In this document: positions 50,029 through 59,832 of the stretch, piece by piece
Layout: the number at the start of each line of letters is the position of its first letter
How positions within the stretch are numbered: the stretch's first letter is position 1
Origin: a virus
Lineage: Duplodnaviria > Caudoviricetes
Virus record (IMG/VR): IMGVR_UViG_3300037067_012889
Location: 299,886-363,885 of that record
Strand: one strand, 5' to 3'
DNA: 64,000 bases
Notes under the pieces: model-generated
Database searches by the model: none
What the model saw: the letters and a program-made list of their open reading frames with translations, nothing else
What the model was told of the DNA's origin: nothing
Program-made: the position numbers and the translations under genes

Positions 50029-51018
50029 ATGAAAATAGCAAAAATCGTAGATCAATTTGGATGGGCTTACTATTTCTTAGATAAAGAACAGCAACGGTAT
50101 TCAAGACACGAAATAGTTATTCAGAAACATAATAAGACGGATTTAGAAAATGTCAGTGCAGTTTATATTCATGGACCTGATATTTCCCCAGAAGCACTTA
50201 ATTTGTGTTTAGAAGCTAAAAGACGTAATATAAAGGTCATTGGCGGACATGCTGGACCTGTTACCAATCTTCAACCATATCCATATCTTGATCTTGCTGT
50301 AGGTATCTCACCACAGACATTTGAATTTTGTAAAACACATTATTCATGTCCATCTGTTTTTCTACCCGAAGGTATAGACACTGATTTTTTCAAACCACTG
50401 AAACGAAATCAACAGATCTCGACATGGGGCAAGAAAAAATGGCACTGTGCTAATGAAAAATTACCAATACCATCATTGATGAAAAGAAATAATAGGTACA
50501 TCAGTGGTTTAATAGTTGGTTGGGCTGGTAGAAGAGATAATGTTAAGCGAATGCATTTGTTAGATATGCTTGACTACAAAGTCGATATTCAATCGCAACA
50601 TGGTAAACAGTTCTTTATTGAGAGAACTCTTGATCATATGCTGCGATTCTATAATGCTATTGACGTACTTGTTTTGACAAGTCTAAGCGAGTGTATGCCT
50701 CGTGTTGTGTTGGAAGCTTGTGCATGTGGCATACCTGTTATTTGCACTGATGTCGGATCCATACGAATGATTTTAGATCGCAATTGGATTGTCCCAGTTA
50801 ATCCGGAGAAAACAGTTGTTGATGAGATGAATAGAAAATTACATCTTCTAGAAGACAAAAATCTTAGACAGCAAGTTGGCACTGAAAATAGACGTAGGGT
50901 TGAGAAAACGTTGAGCTGGAAGATTTTAGAACCATATTGGGATATGGCTTTTGAGGCAGCAGTTGAAGGAAACATCCAAAGCATACACTCAATTAACACT
51001 CATTTCGGAATAAAATGA
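50029..51018 (+). CDS. GT4 glycosyltransferase
   Basis: GIDTDFFKP, VGWAG, SLSECMPRVVLEACACGIPVICTDVG. Confidence 0.88.
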   Translation: MKIAKIVDQFGWAYYFLDKEQQRYSRHEIVIQKHNKTDLENVSAVYIHGPDISPEALNLCLEAKRRNIKVIGGHAGPVTNLQPYPYLDLAVGISPQTFEFCKTHYSCPSVFLPEGIDTDFFKPLKRNQQISTWGKKKWHCANEKLPIPSLMKRNNRYISGLIVGWAGRRDNVKRMHLLDMLDYKVDIQSQHGKQFFIERTLDHMLRFYNAIDVLVLTSLSECMPRVVLEACACGIPVICTDVGSIRMILDRNWIVPVNPEKTVVDEMNRKLHLLEDKNLRQQVGTENRRRVEKTLSWKILEPYWDMAFEAAVEGNIQSIHSINTHFGIK

Positions 51019-51905
51019 CCAAACCATATAGCATGCTGATATTGGGATATGATCCTGGGAGTTTGTCTTGCTCATATATGAGTGCGTCTATGCTCACGTT
51101 CTGTATAAGATCGTCTCTTGAAAAACATAAGCATATTAACGTGCAATCACTTCCAATAGCACCCTTTCGAACAGAATTTCCAAAGGCTGATTTTGTATTA
51201 CTAATTTGTTATGCTGGCATCACGACAGAGCAAATTAGTACAATTAGAGAAAAGGCCGGAGCTAAGAAAATAATCTCATTATGCGAGATAAATTTCGTCG
51301 GTGTTGGCGTTGATTATTCATTCATTTTTAACTCAGATTGCAAATATGATGGCCGTACTTCTTATATCTGTCTACCTTGCCAAAAAGATCTATTAAGACT
51401 AACACCCAAAGAACCAAAGACAGTTTTAGTAGATCACTGCTGGGAGAGTTTCGTTGGGACTGGTAAAGATATAACATATGAAATTGAAGTCTGGTTAGAC
51501 GATATTAAACACGAGTATAAGATATATCGAATGATTAGGCCGCAAGATAAGTTTAATCATCGCATAATGGATTTTGAAATCCCATTGATAACTTCCGACT
51601 ATTTAACATATCTTAATAGCACATCTACTATTGAAAACTTCATAGTAACACACCATGAAGGTTACTCATATGGTGTGATTGATATGGCTGCCAGAGGAAC
51701 AAGAGTTCTTATACCAAAAGATTTTCTGGCTCGATGTGTAACCGAGTCTCTTAAAATTCCTGAATTCAGGAATAAGCAAGAGATGCTAGATATCATTACA
51801 ACACCAGTGGAGCCGACTTGGTCGCATAAGATCAATATTTGTACTGATTATGACGCAATTGCAGATGAGATAGACTCTAAAATTCAGGAGTGGATCGATG
51901 GATAA
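51015..51905 (+). CDS. Hypothetical protein, possibly a GT-B fold
   Basis: HHEGYSYGVIDMAARG resembles the GT-B E-x7-E region. Confidence 0.55.
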   Translation: MTKPYSMLILGYDPGSLSCSYMSASMLTFCIRSSLEKHKHINVQSLPIAPFRTEFPKADFVLLICYAGITTEQISTIREKAGAKKIISLCEINFVGVGVDYSFIFNSDCKYDGRTSYICLPCQKDLLRLTPKEPKTVLVDHCWESFVGTGKDITYEIEVWLDDIKHEYKIYRMIRPQDKFNHRIMDFEIPLITSDYLTYLNSTSTIENFIVTHHEGYSYGVIDMAARGTRVLIPKDFLARCVTESLKIPEFRNKQEMLDIITTPVEPTWSHKINICTDYDAIADEIDSKIQEWIDG

Positions 51906-53547
51906 CAGATTAGACCTATCAAACACCGTAACTGCTTTTGTTATTAGTTCTGGCACAAATCCAAATTATGAATCGTGTTTAGAGGCTCTAAAAGGTCAAA
52001 CAGCTATAGTCAACATCGATATTATCAAAGACTATAGTCCTATGTCTGCTGCCTTTCAACAGATGCTAACTAGGTGTAAAACACCATATTATGTCGAAGT
52101 TGATGAAGATATGGTGCTAAAGCCAAATGCAATAGAGACAATGTATCGGTCATTTGTTGAAGAGCACGATCCTAATATAGCTATGATCGGGTTCCAGTTG
52201 CACGATACTCATCTCGACTTCATAATATATGGTGTTAAGATTTATAGGTATGATATATTTAAAAAATATCCGTATAACCTTGAAAATATGTCGTGTGAAG
52301 TAGAACAACTAGATAGAATGAAAGCCGATGGATACCTTTACAGATTGATAGATATAGTAGTCGGCGAACATTCACCAGCATGGAATGATGAACTCATTTT
52401 TGAAAGATATTTAAATTTGATGGAGAAATTCAAAGAATTTAAATATATATGGCTTGAAAGCTTACCAAGAAAATTGTTAGAAATATTCAAGGTAAACCCG
52501 TCTGAGACAAATCTTTATGCAATTCTTGGTGCATATACAAGCATCGCAAGTGCTGGTAGATTACAAATTGGAGAAAAGAATTTTACTACCAAAAGGCAAG
52601 AATACATTAAAATGCAAAGCTTCTTAGAACAACCCATATCGGCTACACTATATGTCACTAATAAGTGTAATCTTAGATGCAACTTCTGTTGGAGACAACA
52701 TAAAGATTTAGAAGATTTTCCTGATATGTCGGAACGAACAATAGATGATTTGCTATATAAATTCCCAACGATTAGATCACTATGTATCTGCGGTTTTGGT
52801 GAGCCTTTTTTATGCGATAATTTGCAGCGAATAATGCAATATATTAAGAAACCATATAAAGGCTGGCACTCTTATGGTAGGTCTCTATATGCTGGCCTCA
52901 TAACAAATGGTACGCTGCTAACTCGAAATCTACATCTATTGCAAGATTGCCTGCCAGATTACTTATCTGTTAGTTTAAACGCGGCAAACGAAGAGATGCA
53001 TGAAAGGATAACGAAGAGCAAAACGTTCAATGCGATATTAGATGGTATAAGACTTAGTGTAAAGACTGGCATACCGACATATGTGTCATATGTGTGTGAT
53101 AAAAGCAATTTAACTGACATACCAGAATTTTTGCAATTAGTTAAGTCCCTTGGTATTCAGGGCGTTCATTTACACAATCTTCTTCCGCATTTCGACGATG
53201 ATGAGAACAGTAGATTTTGGGAAATGGTCTTAACGAAGGACGACCAGAAATCAATAGATCAAATCAGGGCTTTACCTGAATCCGATATTGTCAAAGTATA
53301 TCCGACCTTAATCTCTAAAGATGAAGTAAGAAGATATTGTCAGTTCCCATGGAAAACAATCGGCATAAATGGAAACGGTTCTATAACAATTTGCAACAGT
53401 GTTTCACCACCTAAAAAGGAAAATGGAGTGATCTCTGACTGTGTTATCTGGCAAAATGAATATTGCCAGAGATTCAGAGAAGTTAAAGCAGGCGAACAAT
53501 GTGACGCATGTAAAAAATGTTTTCGCAACTGGCAGGAGATACAATGA
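51898..53547 (+). CDS. GT2-like domain fused to a radical SAM/SPASM-type domain
   Basis: VDEDM DxD motif; CNLRCNFC, GFGEP, TNG; C-terminal CQFPW...C...CDACKKC. Confidence 0.85.
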   Translation: MDNRLDLSNTVTAFVISSGTNPNYESCLEALKGQTAIVNIDIIKDYSPMSAAFQQMLTRCKTPYYVEVDEDMVLKPNAIETMYRSFVEEHDPNIAMIGFQLHDTHLDFIIYGVKIYRYDIFKKYPYNLENMSCEVEQLDRMKADGYLYRLIDIVVGEHSPAWNDELIFERYLNLMEKFKEFKYIWLESLPRKLLEIFKVNPSETNLYAILGAYTSIASAGRLQIGEKNFTTKRQEYIKMQSFLEQPISATLYVTNKCNLRCNFCWRQHKDLEDFPDMSERTIDDLLYKFPTIRSLCICGFGEPFLCDNLQRIMQYIKKPYKGWHSYGRSLYAGLITNGTLLTRNLHLLQDCLPDYLSVSLNAANEEMHERITKSKTFNAILDGIRLSVKTGIPTYVSYVCDKSNLTDIPEFLQLVKSLGIQGVHLHNLLPHFDDDENSRFWEMVLTKDDQKSIDQIRALPESDIVKVYPTLISKDEVRRYCQFPWKTIGINGNGSITICNSVSPPKKENGVISDCVIWQNEYCQRFREVKAGEQCDACKKCFRNWQEIQ

Positions 53548-54527
53548 CGCCATTCGTTCTTTACGTTCTAACAAATGATGCATTAGATAACCACTTATCT
53601 GGATCATTTTCTGATATAGTATATGGTATGGATAGATATAAAGACGTCGCTCTTAGTGAATTTGGTATAGAGGTAAAATTCGCTAAGAATAAAACATCGA
53701 GCCAACTTGATGCATCGGGAGAACGCTTCGATGGTGTATTTTCTTGTTGGGATAGTGCTATAAGCCACAGAGATAAGGCATACAAACAGAGAGCATATAA
53801 AACATCTTCATTTATAGACGATTTTCACTGGTGGAATAAAGACCAGTTAGCTGCTCGGTTAGAGTTTTTTGACAAGATTGACGTTGTTTTCTCGCCGTAC
53901 TATAGAACGCTCACTACGCACGATCTTTATAAAGACGTTTATAGAGAATTTCAACACAAATTTGCGCCTCTTTATTGGTGGGCAAATGACGTTTGCTACA
54001 TATTTAATATCAAATGGCAGGATCGCAAGAACCGTATATTATTGTCTGGTGCTGTCGGTCCATGGTACAAGTTAAGACAAGCAATAGCTTGGGATGCTAG
54101 CCCATTAATTGAGCGTTTAAAACATTGCGGATATGATAATTTCTCACATCCATACCACGGAGACAATTTTTTACGATATATGGCAACTTTCAAAGGCGCA
54201 GTTGGTACTTCTGCAAGTCCGATGCCAACACAATACGATGTTTCGATAATTCATCCACTCGACTACACATTGAAAAAACCGTTCGAGACCTTAGGATGTG
54301 GAACGCTTGGGTTTCTTGAAAGAACCGCAGATTTCGATGAACTTGGATTAATCCCATACATCCATTATGTCCCAATAACATCTGATGACTTCAAGAAATG
54401 GGATTTTATCATGAGCCCAGAAGCAGAAGTAATTGCTAATACTGGGAGAGAATTTGTAAAACAAAACCATTCAACTAAAAATAGGGTTTTAACGATATTA
54501 CAAACTTTGAAGGACAAATGGCTATAA
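53544..54527 (+). CDS. Glycosyltransferase-like protein (CgeB/YkvP-type C-terminus)
   Basis: KPFETLGCG...IANTGREFVKQNHSTKNR; ATG at 53544 overlaps the upstream stop. Confidence 0.65.
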   Translation: MTPFVLYVLTNDALDNHLSGSFSDIVYGMDRYKDVALSEFGIEVKFAKNKTSSQLDASGERFDGVFSCWDSAISHRDKAYKQRAYKTSSFIDDFHWWNKDQLAARLEFFDKIDVVFSPYYRTLTTHDLYKDVYREFQHKFAPLYWWANDVCYIFNIKWQDRKNRILLSGAVGPWYKLRQAIAWDASPLIERLKHCGYDNFSHPYHGDNFLRYMATFKGAVGTSASPMPTQYDVSIIHPLDYTLKKPFETLGCGTLGFLERTADFDELGLIPYIHYVPITSDDFKKWDFIMSPEAEVIANTGREFVKQNHSTKNRVLTILQTLKDKWL

Positions 54528-55087
54528 TGCTAACAACAGAAAATTCTGCTATGTCGTGGGAATGGCACACCACTTTCATTGGCACGTATATGGCACATAG
54601 TTATCGCCTACATTATATCATAGATAGCTTATTTCAAAACAACCATTTCCACAATGTCATTGAGATAGGCACTGGCCATGGTGCATTGACATTAGTCCTT
54701 GGGTTATGGGGGAAGAAGCTCGATATACCAGTGATGAGCCTTGATATCGACGATACCATGTATGACAAAAAGATGTTTCAATTGCTAGATATCGAATTCG
54801 TAAAAGCTGACGAATTCAGTCAGGAAGCTATAGACAAGATTCACGCACATTTCAATGGTCCAGTTTTACTCGTTTGCGATGGTGGTTTGAAGAAATGGGA
54901 ATTCAACACATTCGCACCACTAACTCCGGTTGGTTCGATCATATGCACGCATGATTGGGGTAATGAGCTTACGATGGCAGATATTGGTGATACGGTTGGT
55001 AAATATTGTGAGCCGTATCAAGAAGATCGGTGGAACGAAATGAATGTTCAATTCGCCACATTTAAACGAAGACCTACAAATGCGTAG
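54518..55087 (+). CDS. SAM-dependent methyltransferase-like protein
   Basis: VIEIGTGHG, SLDI, CDGG, THDW. Confidence 0.7.
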   Translation: MAIMLTTENSAMSWEWHTTFIGTYMAHSYRLHYIIDSLFQNNHFHNVIEIGTGHGALTLVLGLWGKKLDIPVMSLDIDDTMYDKKMFQLLDIEFVKADEFSQEAIDKIHAHFNGPVLLVCDGGLKKWEFNTFAPLTPVGSIICTHDWGNELTMADIGDTVGKYCEPYQEDRWNEMNVQFATFKRRPTNA

Positions 55088-55337
55088 TATGTTACCAGCC
55101 ACAGAAGATAGAGCAGCACAACTAATAGCATCGATCACATCATACTTACGCGAGACATGTCCGGAAGATCCGGATGATTGTGATCGTCGTGCATTAAGAC
55201 AAATTGAGAACGCCGAATTTATAGGATCTATACTCGAACAATATAAAAAAGAATTGCGTAACTGCGATATAACGATAGCAGAGTTAAGACTCGAAGTTGA
55301 CAAGTTAAATAAAGTCAAGAAACTCGTTAATAGTTAA
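55080..55337 (+). CDS. Hypothetical coiled-coil protein
   Basis: ORF overlapping the end of the previous gene. Confidence 0.5.
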   Translation: MRSMLPATEDRAAQLIASITSYLRETCPEDPDDCDRRALRQIENAEFIGSILEQYKKELRNCDITIAELRLEVDKLNKVKKLVNS

Positions 55338-55346
55338 TCATTTGAG

Positions 55347-56699
55347 TCAAGATGATTGCCAATCTTCTGGCTCGTCATCTTCTTCATCAGGTCTATACTC
55401 ACCAATATCAAATTCTTCTGGCTGAACCATCAGGTCGTTTAATAGTTGTTTTGCATTCTCTGGATCATCAACAACCGCAGCAATAATCCTTTGTAAATCA
55501 TCTGGCGGTTGTTTTGAGAGAGCAACATAAAGATCGGACAGCACAAGCTCACGTGGTTTGATCTTTAAGAATCTACGCCACATCTCTGGGCCAACCTGCA
55601 TTAAATATGGTTCATGCTTGATATCATCGGCATGCTTTAAGACGGTTTTAGTGGTCGGCTCATCTAAATCTGCTAATCCGTGATGACTTAGTAGCTCGGC
55701 AACGCCCTTGTTCATCTCCTGTGCTAGTACTGGGAAGATAATGCCACGAGCCTGTATGACTGGGTCGCCATCTTCCTCTTCTGGATATTCAACCTTGGTA
55801 GAACCGACAGCCATAGCACCAAGATTTGCAAACATCATAGGAATATCAACCAACCAGTACATTCCATGTGAACCCGACGATATCTGATCGTATAATCTAA
55901 GCAATCGTGGATCTATTGCTTCTATCTCTTTATCGATAGCATGATGCAGAGACAACATAGCATGAACTGCCGATCCGTGTGTCATAGCATTCAAGGTCAG
56001 ACGTTTATTAATATGCTTTCGAGTAATGTCGTCGATTTCTTCTGGGCCTTCTTCGGCACCAAGATCTTCGTCTGCCTCGTTTTCTTCGACATCATCGGTC
56101 AGACGACCATTTAACATTTCTTCAGGAATATGCCAAATCTTACAAGTGATCGTCTTCGCCAATTCTACTAACTCATCTTCATGGGCCGCTTCAATACGCA
56201 TAATTTGTTGGACTATGCGCATCATAGTACCCATATTGGTACCAGAAGCTTTGACACGCTGATCAGTATGTTCCCATGACTTACGCGATAAATCATCTCC
56301 GGACATAGCGAAAATAGGATGCTTTCCTAATGTGTGTTCGCGATTTCGTCGTAAATCTCGCCAGAATTCCTGCGTACCGGGTTCTACCTCATCTTCATAG
56401 GCTTCCGTCATAAGTTGTGCGAGGAGACTTGGCACGGTATAATTCTTTGGTCGTGGTAACTGCTTCGGCCTTGGCGGATTCCAAGGTTTATGCTCTGGCG
56501 GTTGCTTCGGTGTTGTACTTGGTTTCGGCTTGGTGGGAATAGTTGTCTGATTTTTAGGTTGTGGCAACTGCTTCGGCCTTGGCGGATTCCAAGGTTTATG
56601 CTCTGGCGGTTGCTTCGGCCGTACCGGTGTTTTAACAGGTGCTGCGGGCGAGGTGGCAGCTTCTAGGATTCTTGATAGTGCTTTATCGAAATATACCAT
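55347..56699 (-). CDS. Hypothetical protein with Pro-rich duplicated N-terminus; possible head protein
   Basis: 450 aa; N-terminal FDKALSRILEA; acidic body. Confidence 0.7.
   Translation of the reverse strand: MVYFDKALSRILEAATSPAAPVKTPVRPKQPPEHKPWNPPRPKQLPQPKNQTTIPTKPKPSTTPKQPPEHKPWNPPRPKQLPRPKNYTVPSLLAQLMTEAYEDEVEPGTQEFWRDLRRNREHTLGKHPIFAMSGDDLSRKSWEHTDQRVKASGTNMGTMMRIVQQIMRIEAAHEDELVELAKTITCKIWHIPEEMLNGRLTDDVEENEADEDLGAEEGPEEIDDITRKHINKRLTLNAMTHGSAVHAMLSLHHAIDKEIEAIDPRLLRLYDQISSGSHGMYWLVDIPMMFANLGAMAVGSTKVEYPEEEDGDPVIQARGIIFPVLAQEMNKGVAELLSHHGLADLDEPTTKTVLKHADDIKHEPYLMQVGPEMWRRFLKIKPRELVLSDLYVALSKQPPDDLQRIIAAVVDDPENAKQLLNDLMVQPEEFDIGEYRPDEEDDEPEDWQSS
56458..56618. repeat. 53-bp exact direct repeat (56458-56510 and 56566-56618) encoding PKQPPEHKPWNPPRPKQL
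   Basis: Read directly. Confidence 0.9.
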
Positions 56700-56738
56700 T
56701 GGATGTTCCCAGTTAGATAAAACTTCCCATTAAAAGAT

Positions 56739-58598
56739 TTGACAATAATGCTACTTAGTAATTTGTGTTTTCTGGAAGCACTCGATCCCGTCGCCAATGC
56801 CGTCGCCAAGTTCGGCAAGACTGCGATCAATGTTGCTAAGAAGCTAAATGACAATCGGCCAGACTTGAATTATGAAGGAATTGCTAAAGAGCTATTACAG
56901 CATGTGATAGATGCCGATCCCGATCCAAAAAAGAAGAATGTTGGTTGGCTATTAAAACGAATTAGTAACAGGGAGATTATTCTACCGGAAGATTCTCATG
57001 AGATACACGATATACTTACCCGGTTTGTCGAACAAAAGCGGGTGGGCAGACTACCAGAACCAGATCTTAATAAGCATACTCTAGATAGTTTACGAGATAT
57101 GCTCGATCAGCTAGGCGAAGTAGAGAGTAAACGACAAGGTGGTCTCGGATTTGATCCATCTAAGATGCCCGGCGTTGAAGTATACGCAAGGGGTGGACCA
57201 TATATTATACTTCGATCAACCAACCCAGCTTCTTTAGCTGAAATTGGTGAAGGAAGCGTGTGGTGCACGCGTAAAAGCTATGGAAAGGATAATTCGCAAG
57301 CTCCTTATTATCTAAAAAGATATGGTGCTATTTTCACGATATTCAAAGACGGCAAACAATTCGTACAATATACACCAGACTATTCACAAATCCAACCAGC
57401 ACGATCTACGGCACATTTCAGGCCACAAAAAGAATTAGCGAAATTGATGGCCCCAGATCCAGATATTTTGTCTGGTAAGATAACTGGTATTGGGCTAGAT
57501 ATTAATAAGATGATGATAAACTATGCTGGCTTGACTGGCGAGCCAAATAAGAAAATCGAGCACGCATTGCTTACGGCCATAATGCAAGACGACACACGCA
57601 TATCAAACAATATATACGATGCTGTTCAGTATATATCGAAATTCGGCGATCCGATACCGTTTGTCAAGGAATTTATAGATGCCGTGCAGACATTCTATCC
57701 TAACCAAGCGGAAAGTGCTCTAAGGCAATTGATCGGGCACGTCGGCGGTAACGAGGTAGTGCCGGACGCAATAGTTGATACAATAGTTTCTACACAAAAT
57801 GGTGATGCTGCCGTACAATTGGCAGAAATTTCAAAGAAACGTTGGCCACAATTCGAGAAGGAGTGGCTGTTTAAGGATCTCGATCACGCCATTGACTATG
57901 TAGCGGCCACAGCATTAGTTGTTCCTGGCCTATTAGATAGAATAATTAAAGATGGTACAGTGGCTCAAATATTGAAGTATAGCCTGCCACTCTACAAAGC
58001 AGGGAAATTAGATGTTGACGCATTAGATAAAGTATTAGCCACTAAAATTAACAACCAAGAAGATGTAAAATTGATATGTAAATTCGCAAAAGATGTAGGT
58101 GTGACTCCAAATATCGCAAAACGCATCATCGATAGTAAACACGCAAAGTTCATTATCTCATATTGTTCTTCTGTTGGAGAAGTAATACCCGGATCCGACG
58201 AAGAGATTCTTAAAAATGGAACAGTCGGTGATGTTTGGAGATGGATGCGATTCAGGAAAAAATATGACTGGCCCGAGGCAGAAAGAATAATTGCTCGTGA
58301 TGAGCGTTTTACAAAACTTTACATTAAAACTACTGGGCGAAAGCCAAGATCTAGTGGTGATGAAAGAGATGTCACGCCAAAGACACCAAGAGAAGCTCTC
58401 AACTACGCGGTCGCTATTGGTGATGAATTTATTGAAGGAGAGCCATTAATACTTCAAGATCTCGATATAGCAATTACTTATGCAGAGAGCATTTCTGGTC
58501 CATGGCCAGAATTAGAGCGGAAACTAAAAGAAGAAGGAACACCGGAACAGAAGCGGAGATATCTTAAGAACGTGCTATACGACATACCACCAAATTGA
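56739..58598 (+). CDS. Hypothetical protein with WCT motif and helical WPExE repeats
   Basis: 619-aa ORF; GSVWCTR; repeated R/DWPE/QxE units. Confidence 0.7.
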   Translation: MTIMLLSNLCFLEALDPVANAVAKFGKTAINVAKKLNDNRPDLNYEGIAKELLQHVIDADPDPKKKNVGWLLKRISNREIILPEDSHEIHDILTRFVEQKRVGRLPEPDLNKHTLDSLRDMLDQLGEVESKRQGGLGFDPSKMPGVEVYARGGPYIILRSTNPASLAEIGEGSVWCTRKSYGKDNSQAPYYLKRYGAIFTIFKDGKQFVQYTPDYSQIQPARSTAHFRPQKELAKLMAPDPDILSGKITGIGLDINKMMINYAGLTGEPNKKIEHALLTAIMQDDTRISNNIYDAVQYISKFGDPIPFVKEFIDAVQTFYPNQAESALRQLIGHVGGNEVVPDAIVDTIVSTQNGDAAVQLAEISKKRWPQFEKEWLFKDLDHAIDYVAATALVVPGLLDRIIKDGTVAQILKYSLPLYKAGKLDVDALDKVLATKINNQEDVKLICKFAKDVGVTPNIAKRIIDSKHAKFIISYCSSVGEVIPGSDEEILKNGTVGDVWRWMRFRKKYDWPEAERIIARDERFTKLYIKTTGRKPRSSGDERDVTPKTPREALNYAVAIGDEFIEGEPLILQDLDIAITYAESISGPWPELERKLKEEGTPEQKRRYLKNVLYDIPPN

Positions 58599-58607
58599 CT
58601 TTAATTA

Positions 58608-59054
58608 TCATTCACGTATCGATGCGATGTTATTTGGCCTCATTGTCAGTATTTTCTTAAACAATTGTATCTTCACAAGTATACGGTGTAGATCGTAATA
58701 ATACTTAGGATCTGCACATGGGTCTCTCATACATTCCGTATAATGGCGCTGACAACTCTCACACGTGCCTTCCAAATCAATACCAGTATCTGGATCTTGT
58801 CCTTTCGACGGAACATAGTAAGAAGGTGCATAAAAATCACGTAACTTACCAACTACATGAGTAGGATTGTTACTAGGGCATTCCACATCAAATCGTCCTG
58901 GTCCAATACCGACAACGAGTATTGTCTTTCCAGCAGGAGTCTTTATCATTCTAACGTGGTCGGCTTCAATGACCGTTCCACGCTTCATTGTAATGATCGC
59001 CGGACGCAATAAACGTGCTTCCAATATCGTTGACAATTTCTTATTAAAGCTCAT
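58608..59054 (-). CDS. Hypothetical protein A; paralog of 59239-59628
   Basis: Shared LSxILE..LRPAxIxxxRG..IxADHxRxIKxPxGK...RDFYAP...F.KI.T....NI. Confidence 0.75.
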   Translation of the reverse strand: MSFNKKLSTILEARLLRPAIITMKRGTVIEADHVRMIKTPAGKTILVVGIGPGRFDVECPSNNPTHVVGKLRDFYAPSYYVPSKGQDPDTGIDLEGTCESCQRHYTECMRDPCADPKYYYDLHRILVKIQLFKKILTMRPNNIASIRE

Positions 59055-59061
59055 AATTAAA

Positions 59062-59216
59062 AAGACCGTCGTAAGTTTGGCAGTTCTGAACTAGGACTAC
59101 GGCCAAAACCGTTAGGCTTTGGATGACATGCGCTTCTGTACCATTGAACACCTCCCTAAGGCGTGACACGGTCATCAATAGCTTCGAAGCGTCAGGGAAA
59201 ACTTACGATCGGTCTT
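59062..59216. ncRNA. RT-associated structured RNA, copy 1
   Basis: Terminal inverted repeat AAGACCG-TCGTAAGTTT / AAACTTACGA-T-CGGTCTT; internal hairpins covary with copy 2. Confidence 0.75.
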
Positions 59217-59238
59217 GTCTCCTGTGTTGTAGATTACG

Positions 59239-59628
59239 TTAAAGCCACTTGAGTGCCCGAATATTCTCTTTGTGAATTGTTATAATCTTTTGGAATTTCG
59301 GTCTGATGATTGGTAGAGTATCGGCACAATATCCGCCATTCTCATCTGGCTCATCCCAACCATTTTCGTCGTCTCCTACCATAGTATGATGTCTGGGTGC
59401 GTAGAAATCGCGCATCTCATGCATCGGCCCAAGTGCAGACCTGCCAGTACGTATATATTCTTTGCCACCTGATTTCAGACCAGCAGCTAAATAAATTTTT
59501 CCGTTTGGACTTTTAATCCATCGAGCATGATCTGCTATGATTTCAACACCACGGACAGTCATTATCGATGCTGGTCGTAATCTACTGGCATTTTCAAGAA
59601 TCGCCGATAATTGCTGGTCGAATCTCAT
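59239..59628 (-). CDS. Hypothetical protein B; paralog of 58608-59054
   Basis: Same conserved blocks as protein A, including RDFYAP. Confidence 0.75.
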   Translation of the reverse strand: MRFDQQLSAILENASRLRPASIMTVRGVEIIADHARWIKSPNGKIYLAAGLKSGGKEYIRTGRSALGPMHEMRDFYAPRHHTMVGDDENGWDEPDENGGYCADTLPIIRPKFQKIITIHKENIRALKWL

Positions 59629-59664
59629 ATCGGTATTTCCAGTATTGTAGATAGTTTTGTAAAA

Positions 59665-59815
59665 AGGCCGTTATAGGTTTGACAGTTCGAAACTGGTACT
59701 ACGGCCTGAATCGTTAGACTCAGGATGGCATGTACCTCCATACCGTCGAAAACCTCCCCAAGGTATGGCACGGAATCGACAGCTTTGAGGTATAAGGGAA
59801 AACACATAACGACCT
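59665..59815. ncRNA. RT-associated structured RNA, copy 2
   Basis: Terminal inverted repeat AGGCCGTTATAGGTTT / AAACACATAACGACCT; ends 17 nt before the RT start. Confidence 0.75.
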
Positions 59816-59832
59816 AAGATAAATTTTCTCCA

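Noticed and set aside
59625-59807. 60-aa ORF over RNA copy 2
   Set aside because: The substitution pattern against copy 1 preserves pairing and includes indels. Only the terminal KLSTILE remnant is noted, as a separate finding.
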